64,000 nucleotides of DNA from Candidatus Altiarchaeota archaeon (GTDB lineage Archaea > Altiarchaeota > Altiarchaeia > IMC4 > QMZM01), in contig JAYEGX010000055.1 of the NCBI GenBank assembly GCA_034659295.1, positions 9,726-73,725 of the forward strand. The letters are read 5' to 3'. Positions within the stretch are counted from its first letter, which is position 1, and each line of letters opens with the position of its first letter. The notes below the pieces were generated by a model, which worked only from the letters and a program-made list of their open reading frames with translations, ran no database searches and was not told the origin of the DNA. This document shows, in pieces, positions 56,969-64,000 of the stretch. Made by a program: the position numbers and the translations under genes.

Positions 56969-57241
56969 CTAAAAAAAATATTTTTTTGTCATAGAAACAA
57001 CCCAACTCCAGTGGAGGAATATATGTGCTGCAACAAGAACAACAAGAATCAACCCGGACAGGTCATGCACCAAAATCCACGCCTCCTTACTCACCCCGAA
57101 AAACTCCTGAAACCTTCCCTGCCTGACACCATAAGGTAAAAAAAAGAAAAGAATAAAGCCCGAAGCAGCCGTGATGATGAAGGAGAAGGCCATCAAAGCA
57201 TCCGTAACATAATTCAGTCTAGCTTTATCCATGATAAACAA
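56969..57241 (-). CDS. Small membrane protein (2-3 TM)
   Basis: 90-aa ORF with hydrophobic helices (AFSFIITAASGFILFFFL, LILVVLVAAHIFLHW), just upstream of rfcS on the same strand. Confidence 0.35.
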   Translation of the reverse strand: MFIMDKARLNYVTDALMAFSFIITAASGFILFFFLPYGVRQGRFQEFFGVSKEAWILVHDLSGLILVVLVAAHIFLHWSWVVSMTKKYFF

Positions 57242-58192
57242 TTAACTGGACAACGACTTCAACAACATAATCCGGGCAATCAACGCCTCCAGCTGGATGC
57301 GCTCATTAGCGCCCTCCACCAGGGCATAATTAGCCTCCCCGATTAAATCAATGACGCGAATTTTTAGCTCATCACCCTCATCCAACTTCAAGACCTCCCT
57401 GCTCATCTGCACGATAACATCCTCACCCGACATCCCGTAATCAATAATCAACTTGTCAACCAGGCCCCTGGCATCCATGAAACTCCCTCCAAGTGAAAGC
57501 TCCAAAAGATTTCTGATGTCCTCAGGCCTTGCCCTAGAAGAGATAGCGTAAACGTTATCCTCATCCACCCTCCCCACGGCAGCAGCCGACTGCAGCAGGT
57601 TAACAGCCTGACGCATATCACCCTCGGCTAGATAGGTTAATGCATCCAAGCCGCTTTCATCGAAACCCACACCCTCCTGCTCCAGGATAAACTCCAGCCG
57701 CCCCCTAATAGCCTCATCAGACAAACCCCGGAAACGGAAAACAGCACACCTGCTCTGTATCGGGTCGATAATCTTGCTGCTATAGTTGCACGATAAGATA
57801 AAACGACACGTTAAGGCATAGCTCTCCATCGTCCTCCTTAAGGCGTTCTGGGCATCGGATGTTAAGGCATCCGCCTCATCCAGGAAGATAATCTTGAAGT
57901 CTCCAGTAATAGAACGGGTTCTTGCGAAATCCTTGATTTTTGTGCGAACAACATCGATACCCCTCTCATCTGAGGCATTCAACTCCAAGAAATTACCCCT
58001 CACATCCCCAAACAACTCCCGGGTGATGCACAAGGCTGCTGTGGTCTTGCCGGATCCTGCCGGCCCGGCAAACAAGAGATGAGGCATGGATTTAGCCTTA
58101 ACATAGGCCATAAAACGGTCCACGATAGCCTCCTGCCCCGCCACCTCATCAAGCCTTTTGGGCCTGTATTTCTCAGTCCAAGGTTGCTCCAT
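57242..58192 (-). CDS. rfcS: Replication factor C small subunit
   Basis: Walker A FAGPAGSGKTT, DEAD-like box IIFLDEADAL, SRC motif (SRCAVFRF). 316 aa. Confidence 0.9.
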   Translation of the reverse strand: MEQPWTEKYRPKRLDEVAGQEAIVDRFMAYVKAKSMPHLLFAGPAGSGKTTAALCITRELFGDVRGNFLELNASDERGIDVVRTKIKDFARTRSITGDFKIIFLDEADALTSDAQNALRRTMESYALTCRFILSCNYSSKIIDPIQSRCAVFRFRGLSDEAIRGRLEFILEQEGVGFDESGLDALTYLAEGDMRQAVNLLQSAAAVGRVDEDNVYAISSRARPEDIRNLLELSLGGSFMDARGLVDKLIIDYGMSGEDVIVQMSREVLKLDEGDELKIRVIDLIGEANYALVEGANERIQLEALIARIMLLKSLSS

Positions 58193-58263
58193 TGTAACTA
58201 GTATTTAGACGGAACATTAATTAAGGAATTGAAATTTAATGCCAGACTCTAATTTATAAGACA

Positions 58264-61200
58264 ATGGGTAAGAGACTTAATCTCCCCCGGCTGGAGGAAG
58301 AGATACAGGAGTACTGGAGGGAAAACACCATATATCGGCAGGTATGTGAGGCTGGGAAGGGAGGGGAGAAATACTATTTCTGCCAGGGTCCGCCGTTCAC
58401 CTCCGGAACAGCGCACATAGGGCACGCATGGAATCACGCCATAAAGGACGCGGTCATCAGATACAAGACCATGCAGGGATTTGACGTCTACAGAAGAGCT
58501 GGGTGGGACATGCACGGCCTGCCCATCGAAGTAAAGGTAGAGGAAGAAGTTCTGGGTAGCAGAAGCAAGAAGGACATAGAGGAATACGGGATAGAAAACT
58601 TCATAACCGAGTGCAAGAAGTTCGCCATCCAAAACATGAACAACATGACCTCCCAGCTCGAAAGGCTTGGAGCGTGGCTTAACTGGGATGACCCATACAT
58701 GAGCATAGACCCAAGATACATGGAGAGCGTCTGGTTTCTCATGAAAAAAGCCCATGAGAAGAAACTCCTCTACGAGGACAAGCAGGTGATACACTGGTGT
58801 CCCAGATGCGAGACCGCTATGGCCGGATATGAGGTAAGAGACGAATACCGGAATGTGCTGGATCACTCAATCTATGTGAAAGCCAGGCTCGAAGATACAG
58901 ACAGTTTTATAGTAATCTGGACCACCACCCCATGGACCCTGCCCTCCAACACAGGGATAGCAGTGCACCCAAGATATGAATACGTGAAGGTTGAATACAT
59001 GGGAAAGGACTATATTCTTGCCAGAAAGCGGCTTGAGGAAATAGCTGGAGAGATATTTCCGAAGGGAGACTACCGGGTGATAGAGGAGTTCATGGGAGAG
59101 AAACTTGAGGGAAGCGAATATGAACCTATTCTAGACATCAAAATCCAGAAGGAATTCACGAGAAAGATTGTTGTAGACGAGGAACTGGTTAACCTGGAGG
59201 GGGGGACAGGTTGCGTTCACCTGGCTCCGGGGCACGGGGAGGAAGACTTTAGGATAGGTAAGCGAGATAATCTAGAGATGATATCCCCTGTAGATGAGGG
59301 AGGGCGTTTCACCATAGAACCATATGTGGGAGAATACATAAGGGACAGCAATAGTGTTATCATCAAACAACTGGATGAGGGGGATAACCTCCTTTATGCC
59401 GGAAAGAAAAGTCACTCATACCCACACTGCTGGCGGTGCAAGGAGCCTTTGCTTTTGAGGGCGACCAAGCAGTGGTTTCTCTCGGTTTCGAAGATAAGAG
59501 ATAGTCTGCTTGAGAAAAACAGGGAGATAGATTGGGTTCCCGGATGGGTTGGCACAGGGAGGTTCGAGAACTGGCTAAGCAATGCGAGAGACTGGTGCAT
59601 ATCCCGGCAGAGGTACTGGAACACCCCACTGCCCATATGGCGCTGCAGCTGTGGGAATGTGGAGGTAATCGGGCGCCTGGAGGAGTTAAGGGATAAGGCA
59701 ACAACAGAAATTAATGTTGAAAAAATAGACCTGCACAGGCCCTCCATAGACGAAATAAAAATAGAATGCAGCTGCGGTAAAGAAATGAGAAGAGTGGAGG
59801 ATGTATTGGACGTGTGGCTTGACTCAGGGTGTGCCTCATGGGCTAACCTCGGGTACCCCAGCCGGGAGGATAAATTCAAGCAACTGTTCCCGGCTGATTT
59901 CATAACAGAAGGAAGTGACCAGACCAGGGGGTGGTTTTATTCCCTGCTGGTCTCCTCCATAATAGCATTCGATGAGGTACCATACAAGAGGGTTTTATAC
60001 CACGGCTTTACATTAGATGATGAGGGCAGGAAGATGAGCAAATCACAGGGGAACGTTATAGACCCATTTGAGGTGACAGACAAATACGGGGCAGACGTTC
60101 TGAGATACTACATGCTCTGGACCTCGGTACCCTGGGAGGATCTGAGGTTCTCATATGAGGGGTTGGGGATAATCAACAGATTAATGCACATGCTCTGGAA
60201 CATATACTCTTTTTCGGAAACATATATGGAACTGGATAAATACAGCATAGAAAAGGAATACAAGCTCGAATTCCAGCTAGAGGACAAGTACATTCTCTCA
60301 AGATACAATTCGCTTGTGGACGAGGTCACATCAGACTACGAGAAGCTCTACCTCTTTGACGTTTGCAGGAAGATACAGTCTTTTATACTGGAGCTAAGCA
60401 GGTTCTATGTGAAGCTGGTCAGGGACCGGGTGTGGATTGAGGGAGAAGACCCGAGGAAGATGTCGGTTTATTACACACTACATCATGTATTAACCGGATT
60501 ATGTAAGCTGATGGCCCCCATAGCACCCCACATCACGGAAAGAATGTACATGAACCTCACAGGTGCGCAAAGCCTGCACCTAGCTTCATGGCCTCAGGCA
60601 GACAAGTCCGGCATATACGGGGAACTGGAGGAGGATGTGGGGATAGCACAGCAGATAATAGAGTCCGTGATATCCGCAAGACAGGACTCCGGAATAAAAC
60701 TGAGGTGGCCCATCTCCCGGATTATTGTCGCACCCAAGGGAAAATGGAGTCTTAAGAGGCTTGAGGAATTAATTCTAAAGATGTGCAACGCCAAGGAGCT
60801 GGAGGTCAGGGATGTGGAAACCGAAACCGCAGCTAAACTAAACTACTCAAGCCTGGGTCCGAAGCTCAAGAACAAGATGAGGGAAGTGGAGAAGGAGCTG
60901 GTTAAGAAGGATGCCGGGAAAATAAGAGAAGAGATGGATAAGAAGGGCGTGTATGAACTTAATGGTTACACCCTTGAGAAAGAAGACCTCATATTCGAGA
61001 CCAGGATAAGCGATGATATAATAGCTAAGGAATACAGCCAGGGTGTTGTGTACATAGACTCCAAGCTCAGTGACATGCTATACTCTGAGGCCATGGCCAG
61101 GGAAGCCATAAGGAGGATACAGGATATGAGAAAGGAACTGGATTTGGAGGAAACAAGAAAGATGAAGGCTTCAATAGAATGCGGTAAAGACTTCAGAGGG

Positions 61201-61341
61201 TATCTTCAGAAAAACAAGCGTTTCATCGAGAAAGAAACCAGAAGCATTCTATCATTCGGCAAAGGCGGAGGCTTTATCAAGGAATGGGATATAGAGAAAA
61301 ACAAGGTAACAATATACTTGAAGGAGACAGGAAATGAATGA
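58264..61341 (+). CDS. ileS: Isoleucyl-tRNA synthetase
   Basis: HIGH motif (GTAHIGHAWN), KMSKS, Zn-binding Cys clusters, CP1 editing domain. 1025 aa. Confidence 0.95.
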   Translation: MGKRLNLPRLEEEIQEYWRENTIYRQVCEAGKGGEKYYFCQGPPFTSGTAHIGHAWNHAIKDAVIRYKTMQGFDVYRRAGWDMHGLPIEVKVEEEVLGSRSKKDIEEYGIENFITECKKFAIQNMNNMTSQLERLGAWLNWDDPYMSIDPRYMESVWFLMKKAHEKKLLYEDKQVIHWCPRCETAMAGYEVRDEYRNVLDHSIYVKARLEDTDSFIVIWTTTPWTLPSNTGIAVHPRYEYVKVEYMGKDYILARKRLEEIAGEIFPKGDYRVIEEFMGEKLEGSEYEPILDIKIQKEFTRKIVVDEELVNLEGGTGCVHLAPGHGEEDFRIGKRDNLEMISPVDEGGRFTIEPYVGEYIRDSNSVIIKQLDEGDNLLYAGKKSHSYPHCWRCKEPLLLRATKQWFLSVSKIRDSLLEKNREIDWVPGWVGTGRFENWLSNARDWCISRQRYWNTPLPIWRCSCGNVEVIGRLEELRDKATTEINVEKIDLHRPSIDEIKIECSCGKEMRRVEDVLDVWLDSGCASWANLGYPSREDKFKQLFPADFITEGSDQTRGWFYSLLVSSIIAFDEVPYKRVLYHGFTLDDEGRKMSKSQGNVIDPFEVTDKYGADVLRYYMLWTSVPWEDLRFSYEGLGIINRLMHMLWNIYSFSETYMELDKYSIEKEYKLEFQLEDKYILSRYNSLVDEVTSDYEKLYLFDVCRKIQSFILELSRFYVKLVRDRVWIEGEDPRKMSVYYTLHHVLTGLCKLMAPIAPHITERMYMNLTGAQSLHLASWPQADKSGIYGELEEDVGIAQQIIESVISARQDSGIKLRWPISRIIVAPKGKWSLKRLEELILKMCNAKELEVRDVETETAAKLNYSSLGPKLKNKMREVEKELVKKDAGKIREEMDKKGVYELNGYTLEKEDLIFETRISDDIIAKEYSQGVVYIDSKLSDMLYSEAMAREAIRRIQDMRKELDLEETRKMKASIECGKDFRGYLQKNKRFIEKETRSILSFGKGGGFIKEWDIEKNKVTIYLKETGNE

Positions 61342-62200
61342 GCTGAAGATTAAAAAGGTCAAGCCAAAGGTGTGGAATCTGGAGGTGATTAAGGGAGTAG
61401 AGGCCTGGAAGGAGGTCGTTTACTCAGCGAGAATGAGCGGTGTGCCACCGCAGGTGAAGGACAGAAACTGTTTTAGGATGATGATAGAAAACGACTACAG
61501 CTCCTCCCTGGAACATATAATCATCAAGTTTGATTTAAAGATGAGCAAGGGCAACGCCCCAGAATTTCTGGAGCACCGGATGGTAAGCCACAGCGGATAT
61601 TCCACCAGATACATTGAGGTAAGCAAGGGCATAGAAAAGAAAGAAGACGCCTATGAAGTAATCATTCCAGAGCATCTGCTGGATAACGAAATAAAAACTG
61701 AATCAGGTGGTTTATTATCCGATAACATAGATGAATCGATTAAGGCATACAGGAATCTTGTGGATAAAAAAGTGCCCCGGGAGATAGCCAGATACATGCT
61801 GCCCTTCGCCCAGGCCGTTGGCATATATCATGTCACCATAAACCTTAGGTCCCTACTTAACATGCTATCACTACGCCTCTGCGTGCGTTCGTCCCCCGAA
61901 TTAAGGTGCATAGCCAGCCAGCTCTACATTAAACTGATTAAAGAGCTTCCGCAGATGCAGGATCTTGTCGGATGCCGGGGTTTTATGAAAGGCTGCTGCC
62001 CGGAAAGCGGCGTAACAGGTGTCAGGGCAGGCGAGCAGCACAAGCACTACCCTGTATGCCCATTCAAGTTCCCGGACACAGGCATCTACATACCAACCGT
62101 AAAGGAGCTCAGAAAGGGTGTGACAGTTAAGGAATTCGACAAAGAAAAAGCCCTCAAGACCAGGGAATCGCTCTACAGGAAATGGATGAGCTGGGAATAG
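61334..62200 (+). CDS. thyX: Flavin-dependent thymidylate synthase ThyX-like
   Basis: LEHRMVSHSGYSTRY fits the ThyX signature RHRxxSxxxxSxR, with E in place of the first R. Size is about 290 aa. Start overlaps the ileS stop. Confidence 0.6.
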   Translation: MNELKIKKVKPKVWNLEVIKGVEAWKEVVYSARMSGVPPQVKDRNCFRMMIENDYSSSLEHIIIKFDLKMSKGNAPEFLEHRMVSHSGYSTRYIEVSKGIEKKEDAYEVIIPEHLLDNEIKTESGGLLSDNIDESIKAYRNLVDKKVPREIARYMLPFAQAVGIYHVTINLRSLLNMLSLRLCVRSSPELRCIASQLYIKLIKELPQMQDLVGCRGFMKGCCPESGVTGVRAGEQHKHYPVCPFKFPDTGIYIPTVKELRKGVTVKEFDKEKALKTRESLYRKWMSWE

Positions 62201-62201
62201 A

Positions 62202-63176
62202 CTACAGCCCCTCCCTGAGTTCCCCGGCTGCTGCGCACATGTTGGCAAGTTTCTTAAAAGAAACCTGAGAGCTTAAAAGCTTAAGTCCACAATCCGGGTC
62301 CACATACACCCGTTTTGGCTCTACAATCTCGAAGGCCTTCCTTATGTTAGCTTTTATCTCATCAACCGACTCGATCCTTGTCGTGTGCACGTCCACGCAA
62401 CCGAAGCCGATATCCTTGGTGAAATCATGCTCCCTGAATATGCTGATGTCCTGAAATCCCTTGTTAGCAAGCTCCAAATCCAGCTGATCCACCGGGAAAT
62501 CAAGTATCTCAGGATACATCTTCGAGTAATCACCGTAGCAGATATGCAATCCCGTGTATGCCTTAACTCCCTTGGTTGCTATCTCCACAGAGTTTTTTGC
62601 TATCTCCAGCTCATCCAGATGGGTTGGTATAGCCGGGTCATCTATTTGAATAAAGGATGCTCCAGCCGCCACCAGAGCCTTCAACTCCCGGTTGATTACC
62701 TCAGCCAGGGCATAAACCGCATCCTCCTTAGTCCTGTAGTGCTCGTTGAAACTCCAGTCCACTATAGTATATGGCCCGGTTATTGGAACCTTGATATCAT
62801 GGTCGGTTAAATCCCTGAGATTTCTGTATTCGTTGACAGTCAACTCATCCCGGTATCTTAATTCATCAACGATAGATGGCTTCCTGTAGAAATTGTTACC
62901 CCACACCCGCACCTCGCCGTAGATGGTAAAGCCGTCAATGTGATCTGCGAAATAAGAGGTCATCTCCTCCCTCCGCATCTCCCCATCCCAGATTATGTCA
63001 ACACCAGCCAGCTCATGCTCCTTTACCACCGCCTTGATGGAATCAGAGAACGCCGACTCCATTACATCATCCGGGAGGCTGCCATCAGAGTGCTCCCTGA
63101 TCAAGTGATTAAGCCACTTCGGCTTCGGGTAGCTTCCAACCACAGTAGTAGGTAATATTTTATCGCTCATCTTCAA
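62202..63176 (-). CDS. metE: Cobalamin-independent methionine synthase, catalytic (MetE C-terminal-type) archaeal short form
   Basis: MSDKILPTTVVGSYPKPKWL. Zn-ligand blocks HICYGDY and DPDCGLK. 324 aa. Confidence 0.8.
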   Translation of the reverse strand: MKMSDKILPTTVVGSYPKPKWLNHLIREHSDGSLPDDVMESAFSDSIKAVVKEHELAGVDIIWDGEMRREEMTSYFADHIDGFTIYGEVRVWGNNFYRKPSIVDELRYRDELTVNEYRNLRDLTDHDIKVPITGPYTIVDWSFNEHYRTKEDAVYALAEVINRELKALVAAGASFIQIDDPAIPTHLDELEIAKNSVEIATKGVKAYTGLHICYGDYSKMYPEILDFPVDQLDLELANKGFQDISIFREHDFTKDIGFGCVDVHTTRIESVDEIKANIRKAFEIVEPKRVYVDPDCGLKLLSSQVSFKKLANMCAAAGELREGL

Positions 63177-64000
63177 TCAACAGATGCACTTAACACCCCC
63201 ATCTTCTCCGAGGCCTTAACATAAGGCAGATACTCCAGTCCGGTGTTAGGTGAGAGAAACAATTTCTCACCAGATACCAGCTCAGCTATTGAATCGATCA
63301 ATTCCTTAACCTTGGAGGGTTTTTCCATACGAGTGGTTCTACCATCCACAACACCCGCCTGAATAATTTTTTCGGTGGGATGCTCCCCAATAAGCCCAAG
63401 GTTTTCCTCCAAGCCCTCCACGAAATCCAAACCCAAAACATCAACAGGATAATCAAGGAGTTCAGGATAAAGGTTTTTAGCACCCCTAAAGTAGGTTGCA
63501 AGAATAAATGAGGCATCAACACCCTTGGTTAAAACCTCAAAGGCCTCCTTTGCTTCAATAACCTCCTCTTTTTCGGCATACAGCAACGAGGGCTCATCCA
63601 CCTGTATAAAAGATGCTCCGGCATCAGCAAGAGCTCTGGCCTCCTGGTTCATAACACCTGCCACATCCATCAGAAACTCTTTCTCATCTCCATAGAACTT
63701 GTTCCGGGATAAATCAACCAGTGAATAGCAGGACAAAACCGGCTTGATATTTGTCTCCAGATTACATGCGGCCAGGTATTCATCCAAAATCAATGATTTC
63801 TTTCTCTCAACTTTACCAACAACCTCAGGCATCTGATAATACATGTTGTTGTCGAAGTAACGTATCAAACCAGACAACCTCAAACCGTCCATGCCCCCAA
63901 ATAGATGGCAGAGCATGTTCCGCCAGAGAAGCTGGCCATCTGTTGGCAAATCAATCCCCGCCGTCCTTTGCTCACCCAATACCTCCTTTAGAGCCTTCAG
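63173..64000 (-). CDS. MetE N-terminal-domain-like paralog (non-catalytic). Partial: the 5' end runs past the window end.
   Basis: Homologous fold blocks (IDLPTDGQLLWRN, FIQVDEP) but the Cys Zn ligand is replaced (LSPNTGLEY in place of DPDCGLK). The reading frame continues upstream of the first in-window ATG. Confidence 0.55.
   Translation of the reverse strand: MKALKEVLGEQRTAGIDLPTDGQLLWRNMLCHLFGGMDGLRLSGLIRYFDNNMYYQMPEVVGKVERKKSLILDEYLAACNLETNIKPVLSCYSLVDLSRNKFYGDEKEFLMDVAGVMNQEARALADAGASFIQVDEPSLLYAEKEEVIEAKEAFEVLTKGVDASFILATYFRGAKNLYPELLDYPVDVLGLDFVEGLEENLGLIGEHPTEKIIQAGVVDGRTTRMEKPSKVKELIDSIAELVSGEKLFLSPNTGLEYLPYVKASEKMGVLSASVD

Overview
This 64 kb window is archaeal chromosomal DNA. 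Housekeeping genes are recognisable by hallmark motifs: aIF-5A, ribosomal proteins L15e/L44e/S27e, RtcB plus archease, an NMD3-like protein, RFC small subunit, IleRS, a split MetE, Taw3, purB, hom, dCMP deaminase and ThyX. Coding density is about 90%, and no rRNA, tRNA or CRISPR array was detected by eye.

Three accessory regions stand out:

- 2.4-8.8 kb: two large secreted carbohydrate-active or esterase proteins, each with an internal domain duplication, and a decayed fragment of a third copy.
- 9.9-16.6 kb: a solo-tnpB IS200/IS605 element inserted between an ACT-domain gene and hom. It is followed by a low-GC island (12.3-16.6 kb) carrying a phage Gp37/Gp68 (DUF5131) gene convergent with a TcmP-like gene, an AbrB-like gene behind a palindromic operator, an XRE regulator and zinc-ribbon proteins.
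- 36.4-56.8 kb (about 20 kb): a giant 1549-aa Cys-rich anchored surface protein, five tandem paralogous polytopic membrane proteins plus a sixth with a large extracellular N-domain, a 969-aa PKD protein with a peptidase M15-like zinc motif, and a 1296-aa protein combining MurNAc-L-Ala amidase (Amidase_3), a lytic transglycosylase (SLT), PKD repeats and a peptidase M64-like HEAGH domain.

The last locus is the most interesting feature of the window. Murein-degrading catalytic domains in an archaeon, next to a VirB6-like paralog array and giant adhesin-like proteins, point to a previously undescribed surface apparatus for interacting with bacterial cells (attack, attachment or transfer). No ATPase or recognisable pilin lies in the visible part.

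All assignments rest on motifs and architecture read from the translations. No database search was run.
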